A DNA stretch of 63,984 bases, filler included, from Octopus bimaculoides (GCF_001194135.2; 6 parts of 6 records of this genome joined end to end with filler, not necessarily neighbours in it); one strand, 5' to 3'. Numbered from the whole stretch's first letter, positions 38,450 through 51,370 are shown. Program-made: numbers and translations. The notes: generated from the letters alone by a model not told the origin.

Positions 38450-38622
38450 TACGTTACGAGTGAAACTGGGTGGACGAAAACAATGTCAGATACTTCTATG
38501 ATCAATTCTTCCTGTATACTTGCAGGTATGCAGTTCCATGCACAAAGGTCCATGTAATACGCTGATCCACCTTAAGAACTGCATTTAGGGTACATTTGTT
38601 TTTAGAATGCTCAGTTACTTAC

Positions 38623-38669
38623 TCTTTGATTCAGCAACTGAATCCTCATCATTGAGCGACGGATATCCA
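38623..38669 (-). CDS. Candidate 47-nt exon (xGYPSLNDEDSVAESKx)
   Basis: Donor AGA|gtaagt; mediocre acceptor gtatgtag; two frames open. Confidence 0.2.
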
Positions 38670-39244
38670 CTACATACATGCGTGCTTGCATGCATACATG
38701 GTGATTGCTCTATCTTCACAGATGATTGACTTCTCCTTGTGCTTCCTGGTTGTCAATTACATTTCTGACTTTCCGTCTATACCATCACAACAGACTACTC
38801 AGTCCCATTGGAGATGTGCATGGTTTGAAGTATAGACTACAGCTGAATGTTGCAACTTACTGTGTGCTTCCAACTGGTGAGGTTAACACATGTCACCACT
38901 CTTCCATTGCCATAGGACTTTCAGTAAATAGAAAGACAAATACAGATACCCTAAACAGACATACATCATTGGATTATAGTGATAAAAGCTTGTACACAAC
39001 ACGAGTACACTCTCTGAGTCTCTGTGTGTCACGTGTAAACGCAGATTTTACATCAGAGTGCCCCTATTCTAAATGGATGAAGTGACAACAGCTAAGGATT
39101 CCTCACTCCCAGTGGTTTACTGCGCTCTCTGACACCAACCAAGGGAATTTCTGCGTCCTCGCGCTCAGATGGATCGTCATCACATATGTTAGTTAACTGA
39201 TACATACATGGGTCAAAAAATAAGGGTGGGAATTAAAAATTAAA

Positions 39245-39600
39245 ACAGCCAGGAGTTAAAACACAACCGGCCAGATACTGTTGTGTGGGACCACAAAGAA
39301 AGATATGTTCTGTTTTGGAAAACAGCTGCCTTTTGGACACCAGTATGTTAAGAAAAGACAAGAGAAAGAGGACAACTATGGACCACTAATAAGGAGTTTG
39401 CAAATCCAGTTACCTTTCAGTACACTTTCAGCTTCATACCTATTATTACTGGAGCAACAGGATACATAGCGACCTGCCTGGAGCAAAGTATAGCTGAAAT
39501 TGAGATCTTGGGGAGAGAATGCAAAGCCTTAATTCATACACTACAAATGATCACGATATCTGGAACTATAAAGATCTGATAGCCCGGCTTAAGCCTTAAA
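39245..39600 (+). mobile_element. R4/NeSL-type non-LTR element, restriction-like endonuclease C-terminus
   Basis: KHNRPDTVVWD...SCP.D...KRQEKEDNYGPLIRSLQI...FSFIPIITGATGYI...ISGTIKI. Confidence 0.8.
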
Positions 39601-39762
39601 GAATGATGGTTAAAACAGGCTGTTTATCTTCACAACCTTGCTACTAAGTAGCCTGCCGGTCGAAATTTACTCTAAATTAAAAAGAGAAAAAGAACATACA
39701 TACATATACATACATACATACATACATACATACATACATACATACATACGTACGTACGTACG

Positions 39763-39796
<34 letters not shown>

Positions 39797-40265
39797 CATA
39801 CGAAAATACCTCAGTTGAACTATTGAGAGATATACAGTTACTCGACCCCTTACAAGTTCAGATTTATACCTGTTATTATTGGGTCACTAGGATATGTAAC
39901 ACACTACCTAAGTACCAATCTTTAGAAATTAAGCTTCTCAAAACCAGAAAGGAGAAAACTGATTCAAAGATTACTGATCCAAGCCATCACTGGAACTGTA
40001 AAAATCTGTAGAACTTTCCAGTGGTTCATCATTTAAGTATATATGCGTGTGTCTAGACATGCAACTATATGCATGAGAATACATACATAAAACAAAACAT
40101 GCAAATCTGCATATAGACTGATTCCAAATACTGCACATATACACACATACATGCAAAAATACCCTTTTGGTGTTGTTGAAATTACAATGAAGGATCTTTG
40201 GATCGAGGTTAGAAAGCGGTTCTTTCTCTGTTGGCAAGAAATCTTGAAATAAAACTGAATAATAA
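39797..40265 (+). mobile_element. Second R4/NeSL-type 3' end (other subfamily) plus 3' UTR, embedded in (CATA)n
   Basis: LLRDIQLL.P.YKFRFIPVIIGSLGYVT...LIQRL.IQAITGTVKICRTF; ends gaaataaaactgaataataa. Confidence 0.75.
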
Positions 40266-40602
40266 CATACATGCATACATACATACATACATACATACAT
40301 ACATACATGCATATATGCAAGCATGCATATAAACAGGTCAACGGATGTAACTCGAGCTTCATAGAAAATCTTTTGTGAAGCAGATTCCATAATGTTAGAC
40401 ACCTACGAAAGCACAAAATCATTCATAAATATATGCAAAACAAAAATCAATAAATAGATATTTGAACATATTTGTATTTGGGTATATAATATTCTGTTAC
40501 TCTTTTATTGGTTCCAGTTAATGGTGTTTGACCATACTAAATCCGCCACTCACATCAGTATATATACATACACACAAACATATACAAGTATGTATGCATA
40601 TA

Positions 40603-40660
<58 letters not shown>

Positions 40661-41057
40661 TATGGGTTGGGGGTGTGTGTGAGAGATGAAAGAGAGAGAA
40701 AGATAGAGATATAGTTAGATAGACAGAAGTGCGAAAATGTTACGTCTATTCATCGATATAGTCTCGGGAACGCAGTACCGGTTTGATAGAGAATACAGGA
40801 AAGGAAACAAAATTACAAACAACGATGAAAACAATATAAGTAATGCAAATAATGTTAGCGTTATGCTTATTTTATTTGTAGTTTTATTCCTTTATTTTAC
40901 TTATTTATTTACTTATTGCCGATGTTGTTTGTCTATTTTTATTTCCATCTCCCTGTCTCTTCCCGGTCGACATCTAAAGATAACAAAAACATTTTTGAAG
41001 AAGATACAAAAATGAAATTAAAAACCTATTAGACTTTCAAAACTATTATTATTATTA

Positions 41058-41106
<49 letters not shown>

Positions 41107-41734
41107 AACTACTACAGCTATTAATCGGTATCTCTTTGGTTGTCTTCATCTTATTTTTGTAAGTTATCTTTCTGTTCTTTTTCATTGCAAACCTTTTGTC
41201 ATAATCATTTCGCCTTTGTAATCTTTCGCTTGGTGTCCTTGTGAAAAATAAAAGAAATCGTTATTATTTATGCTATTGTCGTTGTTATATCTATTTTTAT
41301 ACGTTATTGTCTATTGTTGTTGTTGTTGTTGTTGATATAGCTGTTTCTTGTGAATTCTGTACGTTGTGGTAAATCTCTCAGTCAAGCAAATGTACATCGA
41401 AATTTCATTCTCGCTCAATTCCTCGGAGACAACGTTTGTAAAACCTACTTTCAACTTTTATATTATTTTGTTACTGGTGTTGGTGGAGCTGTGAATCGCG
41501 GCACCAGTCATTAGTTGCGGGTATCGACTATATATTTTGAGCTGATAAGTTAACCTCTCATATGTACCCTCTCTATTGTAGTTACCGTATTATTGGTGTT
41601 TAGCCTCATTTAGTCAGGGCTAGAATGCTTTTGATCGAGCTGATCTAATATCAAATGCTTCCCAGCCATAATCATCCTGTCTTTTACCCAGCTGCAGTGA
41701 ACCCAAGGCTACATTACTCTGTTACTGTTAATTG

Positions 41735-41935
41735 CTTCGTTCATTAGACTGTGGTCATGCTGGAGCACCGCCTTAAAGGGTTTTAGTCGAAGAAATCGAC
41801 CTTAGAACTTATCCTTTGTAAGCCTTGTCCTTATTCTATCGTTCTCTTTTGCCGAAGCGCTAAGTTACACCAACATCGGTTGTCAAGCGATGGTGTGGGG
41901 ACAAACACAGACACAAACACACACATAGACACACA
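41735..41935 (-). mobile_element. SINE family A, 3' half
   Basis: gactgtggtcatgctggagcaccgcctt...ttttgccgaagcgctaagttac...ggttgtcaagcgatgg. Confidence 0.85.
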
Positions 41936-41969
41936 CACGCACACACACACAACACGCACACACACGTAT

Positions 41970-42004
<35 letters not shown>

Positions 42005-42720
42005 ACAAATAATAAATGAGTATATGCATATATACGTACAGGTATGTGCATACCTACGTCTACCTGTATATATAGGTGCATATCTGGGTACAGGACATTG
42101 CAAACAAAACGTAGACAAGAAAATAATAATAACCAGAGTACAGAAAACACACAAGCCACATAGAGAACATTTTCCTTCATCAGCTACCCCCGTTTTAACA
42201 CCGGCGTTTCGAANNNNNNNNNNNNNNNNNNNNNNNNNNNNNNNNNNNNNNNNNNNNTTAATTAATTAANNNNNNNNNNNNNNNNNNNNNNNNNNNNNNN
42301 NNNNNNNNNNNNNTAAGGGTGGATGTTACTGTTGCTTTTAGCCCCAGGAGAACATCTCCTCCAGCTGGCTATTGACACACATCTGTGTCCTGTGTGTATT
42401 TGCAAAGGGAAGTCATCCTTCCCATCTTGATCTGCGATACGTACGGACTCGAGTTTCTGGGTATTTTCCCGTCCTCAGCGTACGACAATCGCCGACCTTC
42501 GATGCGAAAGATATCCCTTTGCAAATATATATAACTTTTTCCAGTGAAATTATTCACTGATCTCGAAAAAGTGAAAACAAGCAACGTTAAATCTCTGAAT
42601 GAGGTATTAACAGTAACTGCACAAGGTGAAGTATATTTGCCACTTAAATGTGGCTGACCCACACATACACACACGTACGTACACCAACTGCATGCATATT
42701 TTTTGTACGCACACATGTTC

Positions 42721-42785
<65 letters not shown>

Positions 42786-42853
42786 GCCCGTGTATCAACA
42801 AAACACTGTTTTCGTCGATGGAAAAAACAACAAAAGTCTTAACAAAAACTTAC

Positions 42854-42907
42854 TCATTGCTAGAAAGTGACTTAACTCCTGTTTTAAACAAGGCTGGATT
42901 TCTCCGA
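42854..42907 (-). CDS. Candidate 54-nt symmetric exon (xRRNPALFKTGVKSLSSN, or xGEIQPCLKQELSHFLAM)
   Basis: acttttaacaattttcaag| acceptor and TGA|gtaagt donor; length is a multiple of 3. Confidence 0.3.
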
Positions 42908-43299
42908 CTTGAAAATTGTTAAAAGTTTTGGTTGAAAATTTATTCTTACTGCTATTCTCTGGTGCCTCTGGGGAAAATAATCTGACGAAAATACAGCTAG
43001 GGTCATGATGAATGTCCTCCTAAAATTGGAGCGACATGCGTGCTGATTTGTGGACGTGCATAAATTACATTCACGTACACACACACACACATCCTGCTTT
43101 TATATATACAGATATATATATACATATATACATGTGTGTGTGTGTGTGTGTGTGTGTGGATCTATTACTCCTTCGCATTGAGAGGTCACAGAAAGGAGCC
43201 GACAGGTGATATAGAGGTAAACCAAGAATAGGTGGTTTGGATAATATGCTTCGTCTCGGGATGTATCACCAGGTCATTTCTACGTCTTTCTCTTTATGC

Positions 43300-43673
43300 G
43301 TTGACCTCCCTATCTATATATCTGTCTATCAATTTATCTATCCACCCATCTATCTATCCATCAACTCATGTCCCCATGCGTGTTTGTGTCTGTACAAATT
43401 TCTCTATCTTTGTATTCATCAATCTATCCATTCATCTACTTATCCCTCCATGTATATACATCAGTTTTACATCCATTGATCGATCAATCTATGCATTCCA
43501 CTATTTATTAATCTATCAATTTCTGTCTCTGCATCTATTCATCGATTTACCATACTAGCTCTATATCCAAACATCTATCTATCTATATATCAATTTATGT
43601 ATATATTTATCTATCTATACATACATATATGCGTGTATGTGTGTATGTGCGTGCATGGCATATATACATACAT

Positions 43674-43705
<32 letters not shown>

Positions 43706-43990
43706 GTCTATTTATCTATGTAGTTATTCACCTATCTATCTACGTATCCATCGATCTAGCTAGCTTTCTAGCCATCTATCAATGCATTTATTTATCTATC
43801 TATCTATCAACCCATCGATCTAGCTAGCTCTGTGGACATGTATATATACATTTTTTATCTATCTATTAACCTATCAATAGATCAATCTACTCCGAGATCT
43901 AGTTATCTATCCATCCATCCATCGAACGGTATAGCTATGTATCTACCTATCTATCTAATCCATCAATATAACAAACTGTCAACCTTATGT
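43300..43990. repeat. Degenerate (ATCT)n/(ATCC)n tetranucleotide field
   Basis: Seen directly in the sequence. Confidence 0.9.
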
Positions 43991-44143
43991 CAATACATCT
44001 ATCTAAAATATTTGATGTTTTTGTTTTTTTCAAATACGCACTTTGCAGCTGAATATTATTTTTATGTTGCGGCTGTTTATGTTAGTAAATTGAGAAGCCT
44101 GGTTGAAGCACACTTTAGTTATAAAGTTTTTTTCTTCCTCCAG

Positions 44144-44198
44144 CGGTATTGGGTCTTATAGTTTTCGTTATGTGCAAATAGCTGCGATGAAAGAAATG
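44144..44198 (+). CDS. Candidate 55-nt exon (xGIGSYSFRYVQIAAMKEM)
   Basis: tttttttcttcctccag| acceptor and ATG|gtaaat donor. Confidence 0.2.
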
Positions 44199-44502
44199 GT
44201 AAATTTTGCGAGCTTTGGTGGATTTCGTACGCTGGTCACGTGTTACCCTTGGCTGATTTGTCTTCTTAGAGGAATATGTAATGAAAGATGTCTGGAATTT
44301 GCGATTGGAAGTAGTTACATGTGTAATCGACACACAACAACCACACACACACACGCTCACACACTCACACACACGCACGGACGCACGCACACATGTGTCA
44401 ATGTATATATATGTATATATATATATGCATATATTGGTACACTCGTATTCACATATACAAATGCATACACATAAACGTATACAATGAAACATGCATAGGC
44501 AA

Positions 44503-44534
<32 letters not shown>

Positions 44535-44833
44535 ATGTACGTATGTATGTATGTATNNNNNNNNNNNNNNNNNNNNNNNNNNNNNNNNNNNNNNNNNNNN
44601 NNNNNNNNNNNNNNNNNNNNNNNNNNNNNNNNNNNNNNNNNNNNNNNNNNNNNNNNNNNNNNNNNNNNNNNNNNNNNNNNNNNNNNNNNNNNNNNNNNNN
44701 NNNNNNNNNNNNNNNNNNNNNNNNNNNNNNNNNNNNNNNNNNNNNNNNNNNNNNNNNNNNNNNNNNNNNNNNNNNNNNNNNNNNNNNNNNNNNNNNNNNN
44801 NNNNNNNNNNNNNNNNNNNNNNNNNNNNNNNNN

Positions 44834-44883
<50 letters not shown>

Positions 44884-45149
44884 TATATATATTCATATAT
44901 GTACATGTACATATATATATACATATGAGTATATATATGTACATATGTATATATATATATGCATATATGTATATATACATATATATACATACATATATAC
45001 ATATATATGTGTGCGTGTGTGTGTGTGTGTGTGTATGCATGTATGAATGTATCACAGAGTTTCCCAAAAATAAAAACCGTTAATTATCTTGGTCAAATAA
45101 GATTTACTTTGTGATCACACGCACAAACATACCTGTGTGTGTGTATGTG

Positions 45150-45460
45150 TGTGTGTGTGTGTTTGGAGTTCGTCCGTTAGAGGGGTGAGTATCGTCTACG
45201 AATCCTTAGGGGCGTGGAGAATGTTTAAAGAGAACCAAGGTTACCCACCATCAGCCCTCACTCTCTCGTCCGAATCCACGTTCAATCCAACAACCCAACC
45301 GATTTCTTGTTTACCGTGCGGTGTTTTCCAACTAACTGTTACCGATATACCAACATTAAACCGCGACACCACGTGACCTTCCTCGGCCAATCGCTGTCCA
45401 CCTTCTGTAATGTCAATCAACTTCCGTCATTCAAATTCAAAAATACTGAAGACTAGCATC
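45150..45460 (-). promoter_or_regulatory. CpG-rich promoter-like island (ETS, CCAAT, E-box)
   Basis: ACTTCCG 45420-45426, CCAAT 45387-45391 and CACGTGAC 45370-45377 fall within 60 bp in non-repetitive, GC-richer sequence. Confidence 0.35.
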
Positions 45461-45560
45461 GCGCTTAAAACTCGGAGTACCATCGAATTTGATTTAAACT
45501 GTGTTGATTCATGCATTTAACTCCCAATAAACATGTTGATTGCCCTTTCTTTCGTGTGTC

Positions 45561-45965
45561 CAGGAGTGGCTGTGTGGTAAGTAGCTTGCTTACCGACCAC
45601 ATGGTTCCGGGTTCAGTCCCACTGCCTGGCACCTTGGGCAAGTGTCTTCTACTATAGCCTCGGGCCGACCAAAGCCTTGTGAGTGGATTTGGTAGACGGA
45701 AACTGAAAGAAGCCCGTCGTATATATGTATATATATGTATATATATATGTGTGTTGTGTGTCTGTGTTTGTCCCCCCAACATCGCTTGACAACCGATGCT
45801 GGTGTGTTTATATCTCCGTCACTTAGCGGTTCGGCAAAAAGAGACCGATAGAATAAGTACTAGGCTTACAAAGAATAAGTCCCGGGGTCGATTTGCTCGG
45901 CTAAAGGCGGTGCTCCAGCATGGCCACAGTCGAATGACTGAAACAACAAAAACAACAACAACAAC
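45561..45965 (+). mobile_element. SINE family A, cleanest full-length copy
   Basis: caggagtggctgtgtggtaagtagc (A box)...ggttcagtccc (B box)...central (TA)/(TG)...aaggcggtgctccagcatggccacagtcgaatgactgaaac. Confidence 0.92.
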
Positions 45966-46149
45966 AATAATCTGGCACTCGTCCTGCTCTTGAAATTAAA
46001 GAGTTAAGGGCTAAAAATGCTTCTATGAGATGGAAGGGTTCTTCTCTGAAGGACACTTGCTATTCACTGACCCCTAAATTTTCTTACTGGTATCCTTTAT
46101 TTTTATGTGTCAGCTATTAGAGTGCGGCCATTCAGGGGCCACTACCTTA

Positions 46150-46440
46150 ATCTGGTAATCCATCGGTCACGGATCAGCCTGCTCGTGAAATGAACGCGCA
46201 AGTGGCTGAATAGACCACAGTCATGCACACCTTTAACATAATTCTCAGGGACATTCAACGTGATTGGGAATGTGACATGGCTGGACCGCTGAATAACAGT
46301 TACAACTAATTTTTGCCAGTTGAGTGGACTGGACCAAGGTGAAATAAAGTGGCTCGAGGGCTTATCGCGCCACTACGTATCGAAATCATGATCTTATGAT
46401 TGTGACTCAAGCGCTCTACCCACTAAGCCACGCGCCTTTA
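46150..46440 (-). mobile_element. SINE family B
   Basis: Reverse complement of the 12255-12578 family (gatcagcctgctcgtgaaat...accactaagccacgcgcc). Confidence 0.8.
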
Positions 46441-47243
46441 TCAGTTTGTTTGTGTACATGTGGGTATATTTGACTTTGTACGTCTCAGGTTTGACGCCCA
46501 CCCACTCCACCTCAACGTTTAACAAGCGGTGTTGGTCTGTTTACGCTTGTGTTGTGTAGCGGTTCAGCAAACAGTTATGGATAGGACGAGTATCCGACTT
46601 AAAAGTACGCATTGATGGTGCCCCAGCATGGCCACAGACAAATGCAAGCGTAAAAGCAAGGGCATCTTCATAGCCCGGATCCCTGTTGATCATTATTCTG
46701 CTTCAGAAAAGGGGTCACGCGGCAACACAACAGCAACAACGGCGACGATAAGACCAACAACAACAACAACAACAACAACAACCGTAACATCAAAAAGATA
46801 AACCGCAGCAACAATAACACTGTCCAGAAACGCCCATCTCTGTAACCCCTGGCAACAACATACGGACGCCATTACACTAAAATGGCGGTTCATTGAAATA
46901 AGATAGCAAACAAAAACGAAAAATCAAAATGGCCGTCTATAATTTTTATATTCATCTTTTTAATGAAACTCATCAAAATATTCGGCAATTTATCCTTAAA
47001 CGTTCATTAATACTAATTAAGTTTCAATTTCTTTGATGACGNNNNNNNNNNNNNNNNNNNNNNNNNNNNNNNNNNNNNNNNNNNNNNNNNNNNNNNNNNN
47101 NNNNNNNNNNNNNNNNNNNNNNNNNNNNNNNNNNNNNNNNNNNNNNNNNNNNNNNNNNNNNNNNNNNNNNNNNNNNNNNNNNNNNNNNNNNNNNNNNNNN
47201 NNNNNNNNNNNNNNNNNNNNNNNNNNNNNNNNNNNNNNNNNNN

Positions 47244-47251
47244 TGTTGTTG

Positions 47252-47285
<34 letters not shown>

Positions 47286-47383
47286 CATTATTATCATTAT
47301 TATTATTATTTATATTATTATTATTGTTATTATTATCATTATTATTATTATTGTTATTATTATTATTATCATTATTATCATTA

Positions 47384-47423
<40 letters not shown>

Positions 47424-47899
47424 GTTGTTGTTGTTGTTATTATTATTATCATCAATAATAATGATAATAATAATAATAATGATAATAATAATAATAATAA
47501 TAATACGACTATTTCGTTCGTGCATGTTGTCATTCTTGTTATTATTATCATTAGGATTATTGTTGTTATTGGTGTTGTTCTTGTTGTTATTATTTAGCTG
47601 TTATCACAACCTCATCATCATCATTATTGTTGTTGTTGTCGTTGTTGTTATTATTATTATTAAGTGCCCTCGCAATCCGGCGTCCCTGCGGCAAACAAAA
47701 CAAAATAAAACAATGATAAGAATAATAATAATAAGATCAACAACAACAACGACAAACTCCATTATTATTTTTATTATTATTCTTACTCTTACATTATTAT
47801 TGATGTTATTTTTGTTATTATCGATCATTATCGATGTTACTGAAAATATTACCATTGTTTTTATTATTCTCATGGTTATTATTAACATCTTCAATATTA

Positions 47900-47965
<66 letters not shown>
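47244..47965. repeat. Large compound (TTA)/(TTG)/(AAT)/(ATC) trinucleotide field
   Basis: Seen directly in the sequence. Confidence 0.95.
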
Positions 47966-47966
<1 letters not shown>

Positions 47967-48089
47967 GCCTTTGTACAGCTTCTAACGCTGGAGATGTACT
48001 ACAGTGTCCGCTGTTCACTACCAGTGAACTAAGGTAACACCTCTTATTTTTCGAGTACCTTCCAGAGTATTCGAGCGGTTCCAAGCAGT
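47962..48089 (-). mobile_element. RLE-type LINE extreme 3' end with (AAT)n tail
   Basis: LLGTARILWKVLEK* then a short UTR ending ...caaaggcaataataat. Confidence 0.75.
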
Positions 48090-49011
48090 NNNNNNNNNNN
48101 NNNNNNNNNNNNNNNNNNNNNNNNNNNNNNNNNNNNNNNNNNNNNNNNNNNNNNNNNNNNNNNNNNNNNNNNNNNNNNNNNNNNNNNNNNNNNNNNNNNN
48201 NNNNNNNNNNNNNNNNNNNNNNNNNNNNNNNNNNNNNNNNNNNNNNNNNNNNNNNNNNNNNNNNNNNNNNNNNNNNNNNNNNNNNNNNNNNNNNNNNNNN
48301 NNNNNNNNNNNNNNNNNNNNNNNNNNNNNNNNNNNNNNNNNNNNNNNNNNNNNNNNNNNNNNNNNNNNNNNNNNNNNNNNNNNNNNNNNNNNNNNNNNNN
48401 NNNNNNNNNNNNNNNNNNNNNNNNNNNNNNNNNNNNNNNNNNNNNNNNNNNNNNNNNNNNNNNNNNNNNNNNNNNNNNNNNNNNNNNNNNNNNNNNNNNN
48501 NNNNNNNNNNNNNNNNNNNNNNNNNNNNNNNNNNNNNNNNNNNNNNATATGTATATATACATAAATTGACAGAGTGTATGTGTATATATATTTGTGTAAG
48601 CGTGTGAGTCTGTGCATGCATGTGTGTCTGTCTGTCTGTGTGTCAGTGTGTCTGTGCCTTGGTGTTGCATTTGTCACTCGCAACCGCCAGACGAACAGGG
48701 TTAGCTGGTTAGCTGGTGCCGCCGTAACCTTACCGTTCGGCAGAAAGATCAACGTTACGATAAAAGTTAATAAAACAAATGACTACGGAGGTTGATGTGA
48801 CGGACTGCAAAAAAAAAAAGAAAAACCACTTAAGGTCGGTGCTCCAGCATGGCCGCACTTCGAAGAATGAAACATGTTGAAGAGAAAGGACGATTATTTG
48901 TTAATACTGTGGCAATGAATTAAGTGTTGAAGTGGCAAATACAGTAAGTGTATATATATCTCATTCAAGTATGTCAAAGTGACACAACAGCTCACAATTA
49001 TTAGAGAACTT

Positions 49012-49044
<33 letters not shown>

Positions 49045-49479
49045 NNNNNNNNNNNNNNNNNNNNNNNNNNNNNNNNNNNNNNNNNNNNTTAATTAATTAA
49101 NNNNNNNNNNNNNNNNNNNNNNNNNNNNNNNNNNNNNNNNNNNNTTTTCTTCATTATCGTCTCCTACATCATCACTCAGAAGTGCTTAACAGTGTAAATG
49201 CCGGCGCGCACATAGTATCAAACTTTTGCTTCTCTTTGTCATTCATACTGTCATCTCGAAAAAATACGGTTTAACTACGCAGTGACTGCAGTATTTTCTT
49301 TTACAAGTTACACACGATTCGTCTTCCCGTTTCAGCTTTGCCAAACATCTGCTTCCACCCGTAACTATCTATCTATCTATCTTTTTGTCTGTCTGTTGGT
49401 CTGTTTTTCTGTTTGCCTGTCTGCCTCTGTCTCTCTCTCTCTCTCTCTTTCTATGTGTGTGTATGTGTATATGTGTGGA

Positions 49480-49592
49480 GCTTTTAGTGTTTTCGCTCAA
49501 TAAACACTCACAACGCCCGGTCTGGGAACCGAAACCGCGATCCTATGACCGCGAGTCCGCTGCCCTAACCACTGGGCCATTGCGCCTCCACA
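49480..49592 (-). mobile_element. SINE family C, 5' part
   Basis: Reverse complement of the 51118 copy (gtgagtgtttattgagcgaaaacac); tRNA-like head. Confidence 0.85.
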
Positions 49593-49864
49593 ACGGAAGC
49601 AGGTAAGAGAATAAAAGACACTAACATTAGCTCTACAAGGCAGTAGATAAAAGTGTAACTATATATAATATTCGTTTAAGATTGAGACAATATGAGGCAT
49701 TATTTATAGAAGAATGTAATTAAATATGAAAGTAATTCTAAAGTGCTGTAATTATCTAATAACGTAAAACTATACGTGAAAGGAAATATATAACGAATTA
49801 ATTATAACAGAAAGTAATTGCATTTTAAGAAAGTAACGAGTTAAAATAGTAATTATAATAATCC

Positions 49865-50075
49865 TATCTGGTATGCGTACAAAGCCTGAAATTTTGTGGG
49901 GAAGGAGTTAGCCAATTATATTGACTCAGTGCTTGACTGGTACCTATTTTATCGACCCGAATGGATATAAAGCAAAGTCGACCTCGGCGGAATTTGAACT
50001 CAGAAAGTGAAACCGAAAGAAATACTGCTAAGCATTTTGTCCGGCGATGTAACGATTCTGCGATCTCGCTGCCTT
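49865..50075 (-). mobile_element. SINE family D
   Basis: aagcctgaaattttg...gtcgacctcggcggaatttgaactcagaa...aacgattctgcg. Confidence 0.88.
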
Positions 50076-50692
50076 TTTAAAAATGCTCATTCACGATATC
50101 AATCACTGATTTCGACCTTCCTTGGGTTTTATCAATGATACACGGTTGACCGCTAAAGAAAGCAGCGATTCATCACCCCGCTAACGATATATAAGAAAAT
50201 CAATGCCAGAACAGGTGCTGGTGTCGTGATTAGCCAGTTACCTTGTTAAAAAATATTTATTGGCGACAAAGGCACTATTAATACCGAGAGGTGATACTTA
50301 TCCCCACTTAAATGTGAATGTTCTGATAGAACAATGAGAAAATCTCCCATACATTAACTGTATAAGAGGTTTATATAATTAACGGTATAGGAGAATAACA
50401 GCGTAAGGAACGTTATGGACAAGTACGAAACTATAAAAAGAAATAAGTATTTCTAGAATGTAAGCATATAAAAACGTAACTGTGAAGCGAACTATGAGAC
50501 GGTGGGATATATAAAAATGTAGCTACAATAGAAAAGAATAATACAAGGAAGTATATGAGAAAGTAACTGTTTTACGACGTTGACTATACATAATACAGTA
50601 ATTATATAAGACAGACTATATAATATAGTTACTCTATAAGAAAATAATTATAATTAAAGTTATTATAAACATTCATTTTCTCTCTCTCTCTC

Positions 50693-50754
<62 letters not shown>

Positions 50755-51117
50755 NNNNNNNNNNNNNNNNNNNNNNNNNNNNNNNNNNNNNNNNNNNNNN
50801 NNNNNNNNNNNNNNNNNNNNNNNNNNNNNNNNNNNNNNNNNNNNNNNNNNNNNNNNNNNNNNNNNNNNNNNNNNNNNNNNNNNNNNNNNNNNNNNNNNNN
50901 NNNNNNNNNNNNNNNNNNNNNNNNNNNNNNNNNNNNNNNNNNNNNNNNNNNNNNNNNNNNNNNNNNNNNNNNNNNNNNNNNNNNNNNNNNNNNNNNNNNN
51001 NNNNNNNNNNNNNNNNNNNNNNNNNNNCTTTTTCTCTTTAATTTTTATTTTGTTACTTTTTTCCTTCATTATGCGTCAGTCTAATGATATTAACTGTGAA
51101 CGTCCCTTGGATTTTTG

Positions 51118-51370
51118 CGGTCGGACGATCGCGGTTTTGATTCCCCGACCGGGCGTTGTGAGTGTTTATTGAGCGAAAACACCTAAGCTCCACGAGGCTC
51201 CGGCAAAGGGTGGTGGCGACCCCTGTTGTACTCTTTCGCCCCAACTTTCTCTCACTCTTTCTTCCTGTTTCTTGAATAACGCTGCGATGGACTGGCGTCC
51301 CGTCCAGCTAGGGGGAACACATACGCCATAGAAACCGGGAAACCGGGCCCATGAGCCTGGCTAAGCTTTG
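51118..51370 (+). mobile_element. SINE family C
   Basis: ggtcggacgatcgcggttttgattccccgaccgggcgttgtgagtgtttattgagcg...gggcccatgagcctggcta. Confidence 0.8.

Noticed and set aside
47976-48030. Well-formed plus-strand exon candidate (SNAGDVLQCPLFTTSEL, AAG|gtaaca)
   Set aside because: It lies in the antisense 3' UTR of an RLE-LINE end; at most TE exonisation.
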